A stretch of DNA of 64,000 nt from Myxococcota bacterium (GTDB taxonomy: Bacteria; Myxococcota_A; UBA796; UBA2385): contig JBIJDH010000001.1 of the NCBI GenBank assembly GCA_044344255.1, forward strand, positions 288,001 through 352,000, in the 5' to 3' direction. Shown here in pieces: positions 9,281-17,699 of this stretch (position 1 is its first letter; each line of letters opens with the position of its first letter). The position numbers were made by a program, and so were the translations under genes. The notes under the pieces are model-generated. The model did not search any database. It was not told where the DNA came from and saw only the letters and a program-made list of their open reading frames with translations.

Positions 9281-12200
9281 TCAGGCGTCTTCCAATCCAT
9301 GCAGGAGGGTGAGCGCCCAGGCGGTGTCGATGAACCGGGTGGAAGTCTCCCCAGCACCTTCCAGGTAACGGACCCGGTTCACCCGAGGCTCGTCAAGAAT
9401 GCCGGGCCGCGTGGCCAAGTCGTCTTTCGCGACAAGTACCCAAGCGAGGTCCACGAGCGAGATGGTGCGTTCCTTGAATCCTCCAGCTCCGCCGTCGATG
9501 CGCAGCCCACCTCGTGGTGCCCGGCCAATGACCCGACACCGTCGGCCACGAGACTCAATGATGCGGCCAGCCCCCTCGGCGAGCACACGAGCGACCGCAC
9601 TGTCAGCCCGCGCGAGATCCTCCTTCCGGAGCGTGCGCGAGACCCCGCGTGCGGAGGAGAGCGACCGCCAGCTCTCCAGGTTGAGCGCGGGGAAAGCCCA
9701 GCGCCCTTCGGCAAGGAGCCAACGCCCCACCCCGGCGTATCGCCAGCTCCCAACACTCTCCGGTGCCGGGGAGGCGACCGCGGTGAAGACGAAGGCGGTC
9801 TCGGCCGGGTGGCGCACTTCCCCGATCGGCAGGGCCCGATCGGGAGCGGCGAGCTGGCCGGGCTCGGAGAGGAGGATGAAGAGGTGGCCGTCTACCCGGG
9901 AGGCACCAGGGCGGGGGGTGGAGGACAGGCCGAAGGCCTCGACCAGCGCCGCCTCATCCATGACCTTGCCCTCTTCGGGCGCGAGAGACTCGGGAGTGAA
10001 GACCTGGACGAGGCGGGCCAGCGGCTCCGCACCCTCCGCCGGGCGGTCGGCCACCGCCGGATTGTCCGACCGCAGCACCCAGCCTCCATCCACGTTCACG
10101 AGACGCTTGAGATAGTATTCATGGGCCTCGTCGCCGGCCTCGCCGACCGCCACCAGGGCTACCTGCCCCTCCAGCGCCGAGAGACCCTGGCCACGGGCCC
10201 AACGGAGCAGCACCCAGTCGCCATCCCGAATGGGGCGCTTGCCGCCGTCCATCGAGTCGCCGAAGGCACGCACCGCTAAGAGCTCGGGGTCGGGCCGGAC
10301 GCCCGGCAGGCTCACCCACTCGGCCTCGAGCGCGGCCTGCCAGTCGTTCTGTCGCCCCGCCGCCGCCCGTAGGGAGGGCCAGGCCACCACGCGCCCGCGG
10401 GCGGGCAGCTCGACCACCTGGCCCTCGACCGGCTCCATCCACCAGCCGTCGGGAGAGGGGCGGAAACGAACCCGAAAGCCCGTGCCCGAGTTGCCGGCCA
10501 CATCGCCGAACCAGCTCCGAAGCAGGCCGGGGAGGAGGTTCTGGTCGCGCCCGGGGCGGCGGGCCACGTTCACTGCGATCTTGACGAAATTGAGGTGCCA
10601 GACCTCGCCATCGGGGAGCCGTACGTCGGTCCAGCCCACCGGCAGGGCCTCCCGCGCCTGCCCGTCGGGGAGCTTCAGCATGGGCCCCTGGTAGTTATGA
10701 ATGACCTTGACCTCGACGGCCCCTGAGCCGGGATCGACCACGAGGCGGCGTCGGAGCTGGGCGAGGCGCAGATCGACCAGCTCCCGCACCATTTCGGTGA
10801 AGGCCAACCCGAACGAAGTGCCCTCCACGTCCGCCGGCAGGCGAACCTTCGCCGCCACTTGCCCGGCCTCCACCCGGAGGCCGCTGTTCCACTCCGAGCG
10901 GGGTCGCTGCTCCCAGGCCGCCCGCCACGCTTCGGGGTGGTCGAGGGCCGCCCGGTCGGCCTCCGCCAACAGTCCGTGCAGGCGGGCGTCCAAACGGAGG
11001 CGCTGCCGCAGCCCTTCGGCCAGCGCCGAGAGCGACAGGCCGGAGAGCAGGTGCCCGCCATCGAGGAGCAATTCGAGCACGAGGGGCCGATAGGGACCGC
11101 GGAGGGGGGCGGCCTCGAGATCGGTGAGCCAAGGGCCAACAGCGGTGAGCACAGCCCTCTCGGAGTCGGTCAGGTCGCCCATCCGGTCTACGAAGTGGAA
11201 CCAGCCCCCATGCCCGCGGCGCACCGTGGCGGGGTTGAGCCCCCGCCGGAGGAGCTCTCCCGCGGTGGGTCGCTCGCCGCGGGCCGCCCGCAGCTCCCGA
11301 TAGACCCGCTCCACCTCGTCGGAGCCCACGCGGGGCAGGAAGTGACGGAGGAGGTCTATGGCCTCCGTCTCGATGTGCAGGGAGCAGCCAGGAGGGAGGG
11401 TGGCGGCCCCATCGTCGTACAGGAAGGCATGGAGGGGTGTAGACGGGCCCCCCGCCCCCTCCCCCGCTCCACCGCCGAGGCCGAGCAGCGTGCGCAGGCG
11501 GTTGAGGAAGACATGGTGGTTGCCCACGAAGTCGATGACCGTGAGGATGGACTTGCCGGCGAGGGTGCGAAGGCCGCGGCCGAGCTGCTGGAGGAAGACC
11601 ACCGGTGACTCGGTGGGCCGGAGCAGCACCACGCGGTCAATGCTGGGGCAGTCGATGCCTTCATTGAACAGGTCGACCGCACAAAGGGCGTCGAGCCGCC
11701 CCGCCGCGAGCGCCTCCAGGCCGGCCCCGCGGTCATGGGAGCCGGCGCCGCTGTGTACCGCCTCGGCGCGCACGCCCCGGGCCTTTAACCAGTCGCGCGT
11801 GAAGTCCGCGTGGGCGATCGAGACGCAGAAGACGAGGCTTCGCTGGCCGGCCTGGGCAGGGTCGGTCCAGGCGCGCCAGAGGGTCTCCATTCGGGCCTGG
11901 GTCTCCACCCGCCGACTGAGCTCGACCACGTCGAAGCGGCCGTTCTTCCACGGGAGGTTGGCGTAGTCTACCGTGTCTTTCAGGCCGAAGTACCGAAAGG
12001 GCACAAGCAGCCCGCGGGCGATGCCCAGGCCGAGGTCACAACGATAGACGAGGTTATCGTCGAAGAGGGCCGCCACATCCCCATCATCGGCGCGCTCCGG
12101 CGTGGCGGTGAGGCCGAGGAGGAAACGCGGCCGCAAGTGGTCGAGGATACGCCGATAGGAACGGGCGGCGGCGTGGTGTACTTCGTCGACCACCACGCAG

Positions 12201-13525
12201 TCGAAGTCGTCGGGCCGGAAGCCCTGGAGGTGTTCGGGGCGGGACAGGGTCTGCACCGACGCGAAGAGCAGACGCCAGTCCCCCGTCGGTCGTTTCCCGT
12301 CACCGAGCCAGGCCACCCCCGCATCAAAGCCGCAGGCCCGAAAGGTGCCCGCAGCCTGCTCCAGAAGCTCTCGCAGGTGAGCGAGCACGAGCACCCGCAG
12401 CGGGCGGCCGAGCTCCTTCTCGATGGCCTGGAGGTCGAAGGCGGCGAGCCAGGTCTTTCCGAGCCCCGTCGCCAGAACCACGAGTGCATGGCCCACCCCG
12501 GCGGCACGGCTCCGCGCCAGGGCGGCGAGGGCCTCCACCTGCACCGCGTTCGGGGTGACCGGCGCGCGGGTGAGCGGCAGCGGTTCCTCGTCCAGGTCGG
12601 CCCCCGGCGCCATTCCGTCCGGGCCCCTCCCGAGCGTGGGTCGGGGCCGGAGCGCATAGGCGGCGATCCAGGCCTCGTCGATGGGGTGGGCCTGCGCCCA
12701 GAGCGCTTCGAACGAGGCCCCGATACGGGCCCAGGCCTGTGGGTCACGCGCGCGGTCTACGCGCAGGTTCCACTCGACACCGTCAAGCAGGGCCGAACGC
12801 GACAGGTTGCTACTGCCCACGTAGGCCACCCCGAAGCCGGGGCCCTCGACCACCCAGGCCTTCGGGTGAAAGGCACGACGGATCTTCGCCGCCTCGACCA
12901 CCCGGGTCTCCAGCACACCGGGCACCCGCTCCCCACCGGCTTCGTCCTCCTCCTCGTCGGCCCCCGCCGCGAGAGCTCGGGACTGGTTGAGCAGCCCCTG
13001 GAGGGCGAATGGCGAGGTGATGTTGAGGTAGTCCCCCGTGAGCAGGCGCACCTGCCCGCCCCGCCGGAACAGGCCACGGAAGGGCCCGAGCACGAGGTCG
13101 AGGCCACTGATCTGGGTGAAGGCGGCGAGCACGTCTACCCGCGTGGCCTGCACCAAGGCCGGGAGCAGAGCGGGGAAAAGCGCATTCGGCGGTTGACCGT
13201 CGGTGAGCGGCTCCGGCAGGGCGTTCCAGCGCGGGATGACGTGCACACAGAGGCGCAGGGGATCGGGACTTGCATGTGGATCGAGTTCGAGGGCCACCGT
13301 GCAGCCTTCGGCGCCGAGATCCTCCCGGAACCGCCGCCGAAGCGCCGCAGCCAGCTCCCCCATCGCCTCCTCCTCCTCTCCGGTCGCGTCCTCCAGGAGC
13401 CTGAAGGCTCGCCGCGGAAGGATGAGGCAATGCCCCGCAGCGACCGGCATGTGCGCAGGGATGGCGAAGGCGAGATCGTTCGAGAGCAGCGGCTGGGCGG
13501 CGAAGGCGGAGGATGAAAGGGGCAA
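9281..13525 (-). CDS. HIT-like + PLD nuclease + SF2 (DExH) helicase + S24 peptidase fusion, SauUSI-like core
   Basis: PVAAGHCLILPRR/VHVIPRW (HIT); FHPKAW..GSSNLS..EWN (PLD); ATGLGKT, DEVHH, TATP, QQLGRGLR (helicase); AAAG, GDSM, YLKRL (S24); TTG start at 13525 inferred. Confidence 0.85.
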   Translation of the reverse strand: MPLSSSAFAAQPLLSNDLAFAIPAHMPVAAGHCLILPRRAFRLLEDATGEEEEAMGELAAALRRRFREDLGAEGCTVALELDPHASPDPLRLCVHVIPRWNALPEPLTDGQPPNALFPALLPALVQATRVDVLAAFTQISGLDLVLGPFRGLFRRGGQVRLLTGDYLNITSPFALQGLLNQSRALAAGADEEEDEAGGERVPGVLETRVVEAAKIRRAFHPKAWVVEGPGFGVAYVGSSNLSRSALLDGVEWNLRVDRARDPQAWARIGASFEALWAQAHPIDEAWIAAYALRPRPTLGRGPDGMAPGADLDEEPLPLTRAPVTPNAVQVEALAALARSRAAGVGHALVVLATGLGKTWLAAFDLQAIEKELGRPLRVLVLAHLRELLEQAAGTFRACGFDAGVAWLGDGKRPTGDWRLLFASVQTLSRPEHLQGFRPDDFDCVVVDEVHHAAARSYRRILDHLRPRFLLGLTATPERADDGDVAALFDDNLVYRCDLGLGIARGLLVPFRYFGLKDTVDYANLPWKNGRFDVVELSRRVETQARMETLWRAWTDPAQAGQRSLVFCVSIAHADFTRDWLKARGVRAEAVHSGAGSHDRGAGLEALAAGRLDALCAVDLFNEGIDCPSIDRVVLLRPTESPVVFLQQLGRGLRTLAGKSILTVIDFVGNHHVFLNRLRTLLGLGGGAGEGAGGPSTPLHAFLYDDGAATLPPGCSLHIETEAIDLLRHFLPRVGSDEVERVYRELRAARGERPTAGELLRRGLNPATVRRGHGGWFHFVDRMGDLTDSERAVLTAVGPWLTDLEAAPLRGPYRPLVLELLLDGGHLLSGLSLSALAEGLRQRLRLDARLHGLLAEADRAALDHPEAWRAAWEQRPRSEWNSGLRVEAGQVAAKVRLPADVEGTSFGLAFTEMVRELVDLRLAQLRRRLVVDPGSGAVEVKVIHNYQGPMLKLPDGQAREALPVGWTDVRLPDGEVWHLNFVKIAVNVARRPGRDQNLLPGLLRSWFGDVAGNSGTGFRVRFRPSPDGWWMEPVEGQVVELPARGRVVAWPSLRAAAGRQNDWQAALEAEWVSLPGVRPDPELLAVRAFGDSMDGGKRPIRDGDWVLLRWARGQGLSALEGQVALVAVGEAGDEAHEYYLKRLVNVDGGWVLRSDNPAVADRPAEGAEPLARLVQVFTPESLAPEEGKVMDEAALVEAFGLSSTPRPGASRVDGHLFILLSEPGQLAAPDRALPIGEVRHPAETAFVFTAVASPAPESVGSWRYAGVGRWLLAEGRWAFPALNLESWRSLSSARGVSRTLRKEDLARADSAVARVLAEGAGRIIESRGRRCRVIGRAPRGGLRIDGGAGGFKERTISLVDLAWVLVAKDDLATRPGILDEPRVNRVRYLEGAGETSTRFIDTAWALTLLHGLEDA

Positions 13526-13598
13526 TGGGGCCTCAGTCGGAGAGAGGGAGAATAGACTGGGCGGCCCGAGGGCCCCGCGAAGCCGGGCATCCGCCCGA

Positions 13599-13805
13599 CT
13601 ACGCAGGCCCTTCAGCGACACTTGGCTCCGCCTGGGAGTGCAGGCGCACAAAGAGGCCGGCACACCAATTCCCCTGCTCATCCTCCAGCACACGGCGGGC
13701 GGTCAAGAACGCGCGAGGGCCCACCACCGTGCCGCTCCCGAGGATCTTGCAGGTGCCATCGTCCAGCACCCGCCCGACCATCACCGCGTCTCTGTGCGGC
13801 GCCAT
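13599..13805 (-). pseudogene. Truncated trypsin-like serine protease N-terminus
   Basis: GSGTVVGPRAFLTARRVL resembles GSG..LTAxHV with His replaced by Arg (CGT); stops at 68 aa; 3 nt downstream of Trypco2. Confidence 0.7.
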
Positions 13806-13808
13806 GCT

Positions 13809-14135
13809 TTACCGGCTCACCTTGAAGGTCTTCGGATCGATCGGCGCCTTCGGGTCGTGGCGGACCGGCTTCAGCTTGAGCTTGACCTTCTGGGTGGACA
13901 CATCCGAGTAGGTTCCCTTGGCGCCGATCTCGAAGACGTGCAGCGACAGCTTGCCACCGAGCTCGCCAGAACGTTGAACGGCGACCTGCAGCTCGACTTC
14001 GACTTCTTCGACGGTGAAGGCGGTGTCGTGGTTGCTGAGTGCGAGCTTCACGCTCATCGCGCCGAGCTCGTCGCGGAGGCGATCGATCACTTCGTCAAAC
14101 GAGACGAGCTTGTCGGGCACTTCCTGCGTGGACAT
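13809..14135 (-). CDS. Trypsin co-occurring domain protein (Trypco2-like)
   Basis: VIDRLRDEL...FTVEEVEVELQVAV..GGKLSLHVFEIGAKG..TQKVKLKLKP; trypsin-like gene follows. Confidence 0.8.
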   Translation of the reverse strand: MSTQEVPDKLVSFDEVIDRLRDELGAMSVKLALSNHDTAFTVEEVEVELQVAVQRSGELGGKLSLHVFEIGAKGTYSDVSTQKVKLKLKPVRHDPKAPIDPKTFKVSR

Positions 14136-14230
14136 TCCGGCTTCCTTCGAGGCGGCGCCATCGTACACCAAGGGCGTGTGCGGTGGGTCGGTCGGCGGAA
14201 GGGCTTCGGGGACCGGTGGAGATGGTGCGG

Positions 14231-14326
14231 GGTCGTTCCGATGCGCGGCCCCCCTCCGGCGCCGCCGCAGGGAGGTCGCTCCGATGCGCGGCCCCCCTCC
14301 GGCGCCGCTGCGGCGCCACCTCCCCC
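14231..14326 (+). repeat. 43-bp period duplication overlapping the second REP-like element
   Basis: ggtcg[t/c]tccgatgcgcggcccccctccggcgccgc at 14231 and 14274. Confidence 0.85.
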
Positions 14327-14384
14327 CGCGGGGCGCGGGAGGAGGAGAGGCACCCTCCCCGCGGCCTCGCCTCGTCGTCGTTTC

Positions 14385-14586
14385 GCCCTTCGGGGCCATC
14401 CGATCGCCCTTTGGGGCCATGCCACTGCCCTTCGGGGCCATGCCACTGCCCTTCGGGGCCATCGCACTGCCCTTCGGGGCCATCGCACTGCCCTTCGGGG
14501 CCATCGCACTGCCCTTCGGGGCCATCGCACTGCCCTTCGGGGCCATCGCACTGCCCTTCGGGGCCATCGCACCGCCCTTCGGGGCC
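14385..14586 (+). repeat. 21-bp tandem repeat, 10 hairpin cores
   Basis: Consensus gcccttcggggccatcgcact; cores start at 14385 and every 21 nt to 14574. Confidence 0.97.
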
Positions 14587-14588
14587 CC

Positions 14589-14663
14589 CTGACGGACGTC
14601 CCTGACGGATGTCCGGCACCCCTGTCCGAAAACCTGACACTTTTCACCGCTAAGTGCCTGATC
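14589..14663 (+). promoter_or_regulatory. Putative enhancer-binding-protein sites and IHF-like site
   Basis: ctgacgga[c/t]gtcc x2 (14589-14614); TGTC-N9-GACA (14623-14639); TAAgtgcCTGATc (14651-14663) resembles YAANNNNTTGATW. Confidence 0.45.
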
Positions 14664-14669
14664 TTACGA

Positions 14670-14685
14670 TGGCACACCGCTTGCT
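14670..14685 (+). promoter_or_regulatory. Sigma-54 (-24/-12) promoter
   Basis: TGGCAC-ACCGC-TTGCT matches TGGCAC-N5-TTGCW exactly, 53 nt before ATG 14739. Confidence 0.8.
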
Positions 14686-14738
14686 CAAGGCCTCTGCGCA
14701 GCCGGCCCATCCAGGGTGGGGCTGTACAGGGAGTCACC

Positions 14739-15221
14739 ATGTCCGTCACGCTCGACGTCATCCAGCAGGCCACCGCGCAGATCGAGGGGGTCGACGATCA
14801 GGTCGCCGCGCTCGTGGGGGGCCTCACCGATGAGCGCCGCCGCACCGTCACCCGCCCGCCGGCCGCCTTCCCCACACGCGCCCGCGCCGTGCTCCATGAG
14901 GCCCGCCGCCTGAGCGACACCAGCGCCTTCGCGGGGGTGGACCCGGCGGAGATCGAGGCCTGCCTCGACCGCGTCGAGGCGCTCGACCCGGCCATCAACG
15001 CGGTCGAGCGCCTGCTCCGCCGGCTTCAGGACGCGCGCCTCGAGGCCATGCACGACTCCTGGACCGCCACGCTCGACCTCTACGCCGTCGCTCAGGCCCG
15101 CTCGCGCAACAACCAGAGCTGCCGCAGCATCGTCGAGATCATGGCGCCCCTCTTCGCCCGCAGCAGCCGCAGCCGCGCCGCAGCCGAGAAGACCAGCGCG
15201 GGGGCCGAGCCCGCCAAGTAG
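14739..15221 (+). CDS. Hypothetical all-helical protein (160 aa)
   Basis: AGGGAG RBS; strong GC3 codon bias; LTDERRR...LDLYAVAQ pattern. Confidence 0.75.
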   Translation: MSVTLDVIQQATAQIEGVDDQVAALVGGLTDERRRTVTRPPAAFPTRARAVLHEARRLSDTSAFAGVDPAEIEACLDRVEALDPAINAVERLLRRLQDARLEAMHDSWTATLDLYAVAQARSRNNQSCRSIVEIMAPLFARSSRSRAAAEKTSAGAEPAK

Positions 15222-15309
15222 TTGGACCGACCGGCGCCGCCTCCCTGCCCAGGGGGGCGGCGACCTGGGGCTCGTCCCCGCCCGCCCGAGGGCGTGGTAG
15301 GGCGCCCCG

Positions 15310-16290
15310 ATGCACACGCCCCTCTCGATCCTCGACCTCGCCTTCGTCGCCCGCGGCGAGACCGCCGCGGAGGCCCTCGGCGGCTCCTTGGCCCTCGCCC
15401 AGCTCGCCGAGGCCCGCGGCTACCGCCGGGTCTGGTACGCCGAGCACCACAACATGCGCAGCATCGCCTCCTCGGCCCCGGCGGTGCTCATCGCCCACGT
15501 CGCGGCACACACGCGGTCCATCCGCCTGGGCGCGGGCGGCGTGATGCTGCCGAACCACTCGCCCCTCTCGATCGCCGAGCAGTTCGGCACGCTGGCCTGC
15601 CTCCACCCCGGGCGCATCGAGCTCGGCCTCGGGCGGGCGCCGGGCGGGGACGCGGCCGTGTTCCGCGCCCTGCGGCGAGACCCCGCCGCCTCGGAGGCCT
15701 TCCCCGACGACGTGCGCGAGCTCCAGGCCTACCTCGCCGGAGAGGCGCCCGTGGGCGGCGTCACGGCCACCCCGGGGGCCGGCACCCGCGTGCCGCTCTA
15801 CATCCTCGGCTCCTCGCTCTTCGGGGCCAGCCTCGCCGCCGCCTTCGGCCTGCCCTACGCCTTCGCCTCCCACTTCGCCCCCGCCGCGCTGCAGCAGGCG
15901 GTGGCGCTGTACCGGAGCCGCTTTCAGCCCTCCGCCGCCCTCGACCGCCCCTACGTCATCGCCGGCGTGAACGTGCTCGCCGCTGACAGCGAGGCCGAGG
16001 CGCGGGCGGGGCTCCAGGTGGTGCAGCGCCAGCGCGCCGAGCTCCTGCTGGCCCGCGGCCGCCGCCTCAGCGACGCCGAGGCCGACGCCCTCCTCGCCTC
16101 GCCCCAGGGGCAGTTCCTGCGCGAGATGATGCACTACGCGGTCGTCGGTGAGCGGGACGCCGTCCGAGACGGCCTCGAGCGCTTCCGGGCCCACGCCGAC
16201 GCCGACGAGCTCATCCTCGCCCACGCCGGCCCCACCCAAGCGGCGCGCCTCGGCTCGGTGGCGCGGGTGGCGGACGCCTACGGCCTCTGA
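15310..16290 (+). CDS. LLM-class flavin-dependent oxidoreductase (luciferase-like)
   Basis: LSILDL, WYAEHHN, GAGGVMLPNHSPL, GLGRAPGGD, ILGSS, FASHFAP. Confidence 0.93.
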   Translation: MHTPLSILDLAFVARGETAAEALGGSLALAQLAEARGYRRVWYAEHHNMRSIASSAPAVLIAHVAAHTRSIRLGAGGVMLPNHSPLSIAEQFGTLACLHPGRIELGLGRAPGGDAAVFRALRRDPAASEAFPDDVRELQAYLAGEAPVGGVTATPGAGTRVPLYILGSSLFGASLAAAFGLPYAFASHFAPAALQQAVALYRSRFQPSAALDRPYVIAGVNVLAADSEAEARAGLQVVQRQRAELLLARGRRLSDAEADALLASPQGQFLREMMHYAVVGERDAVRDGLERFRAHADADELILAHAGPTQAARLGSVARVADAYGL

Positions 16291-16296
16291 GCGCGC

Positions 16297-17166
16297 TCAG
16301 GCCGGCCCGAGCCCGCGCAGGGCCCACTCGAGGGGCTTGAGCGCGAGGAAGACGGCGTCGGCCACGAGCGGGTGGCCCATCCGGCGGGCGACGAGGGGCC
16401 CGACGTAGCCATAGACCCACCGGACCGCCCGGTGGCTGCGGGGGGCGGCGGCGGCCCAGCGGTCTTCGAAGGCCCAGAAGGTGCGGAGCTGCGCGTTGGC
16501 GAGGCGCGTGCGCCCGCCGCGCCGATAGGGGGCCCTGGCGCCGACGACGGAGCGGTGGCCGCGGCTCGCGGCGGTGACCACGAAGCAGTCGGGCGGCTCG
16601 TCGGGCAGGGCCTGATAGGCGTGGTGCGACCAGAGGAGCGAGGTGACGAGCAGGCCCGAGAAGGCCCCGCCCACGCCCACAAGCGCCCCGGTGGAGGGCG
16701 GGCGGGCCCGCAGGAGCTGCACGGCGCGCCCGCCATAGACCAGGGCCGTCCAGAGGGGGACAGACATATAGGCGAGGATGGTCGGCTCGCGGGGGACGAT
16801 GAGGGCGCCGAGGAGCAGGCAGGTGGCGCTCGAGAGCGCCCCGGCGAGGTAGCCGAGCACGATCCAGGGCCGAGCCTCCCCGCCCCAGACCTCGCGGACC
16901 CAGGAGGCCGCCACCGCCCAGAGGACGAGGGGCGACAGGGCCAGCTTCCCCTCGTGGAAGCCGTCGAGCCAGCCCATCAGGGCGGCGCCCTTCCAGTCGG
17001 GGATGAGGAAGGTGGAGAAGCCGAAGAAGATGAGCGGCAGCAGGTGGACGAAGAAGACCCAGGCCAGCGCGCGGAGGTAGGCCGGCAGCTTGCGCTCGGC
17101 GCGCAGGGCGGGCGTCGCGAGGGCGAAGGCCAGCAAGAGAGGATGGATGAGCGAGAAGATCGCCAT
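16297..17166 (-). CDS. Membrane protein with C-terminal CFI-box-like domain (DUF6688-like)
   Basis: About 6 TM segments then CFVVTAASRGH...YGYVGPLVA...LKPLEW. Confidence 0.7.
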   Translation of the reverse strand: MAIFSLIHPLLLAFALATPALRAERKLPAYLRALAWVFFVHLLPLIFFGFSTFLIPDWKGAALMGWLDGFHEGKLALSPLVLWAVAASWVREVWGGEARPWIVLGYLAGALSSATCLLLGALIVPREPTILAYMSVPLWTALVYGGRAVQLLRARPPSTGALVGVGGAFSGLLVTSLLWSHHAYQALPDEPPDCFVVTAASRGHRSVVGARAPYRRGGRTRLANAQLRTFWAFEDRWAAAAPRSHRAVRWVYGYVGPLVARRMGHPLVADAVFLALKPLEWALRGLGPA

Positions 17167-17347
17167 GGTGCCCTGGGGAGCGGGGAGGCCAGGGCGACGC
17201 CCGAGTCGGGCGGTGTGGCCTGTGCCGCTCCCCCACAAGAAACACGAGCCGGCGAATTGGGCAAGAACAAAGGCTGTGTGCGGTTCGTGCAGGCGGCGTG
17301 CAGACGCGGGGCGGGCCCGAGGGCGGCACGATCCGTTAGACCACCTC

Positions 17348-17599
17348 ATGCCACCCGCCGACACCCACCCCGAAGCTCACCGAGTCCAGGTCGAGGTCTG
17401 GCGCCGAATGGGGCCCGCGGGCAGGAGCAGGGCTGCGGCCGCGATGTCCGAGGCCCTGTTCGACACCGTGCGCGCCCAGATCACCGCGCTCCGCCCGGAG
17501 TGGGGCCCGCGGGAGGTGACGCTCGCGCTGATCCGTCGCCTCCACGGCCCCGAGATCGCGGCCCGCGTCAATGGCGGCCGACCGGTCCCGACACCGTGA
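17348..17599 (+). CDS. 83-aa helical protein of a type usually paired with a nucleotidyltransferase
   Basis: DTHPEAHRVQVEVWRRMGPAGR...RPEW...LIRRLHG; family recalled from memory. Confidence 0.65.
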   Translation: MPPADTHPEAHRVQVEVWRRMGPAGRSRAAAAMSEALFDTVRAQITALRPEWGPREVTLALIRRLHGPEIAARVNGGRPVPTP

Positions 17600-17699
17600 G
17601 CCTCGGCGCGGTCCTCGCCACCATTGGAGCGCACTCTGGTCCAACCGCCTTGAGCCTCCGGCCCTCCCTTCCTTCGTGTGCACCCTACCCGCCGCCCCC

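Noticed and set aside
14385..14586. CRISPR array
   Set aside because: Linkers are ~8 bp and nearly identical, not unique spacers; no cas genes
8527..14600. Classical IS, transposon or prophage
   Set aside because: No transposase, integrase or phage structural motifs recognised
13203..15221. 672-aa plus-strand ORF as one gene
   Set aside because: First ~510 codons are antisense to real genes or cross the repeat; a promoter and RBS support a start at 14739
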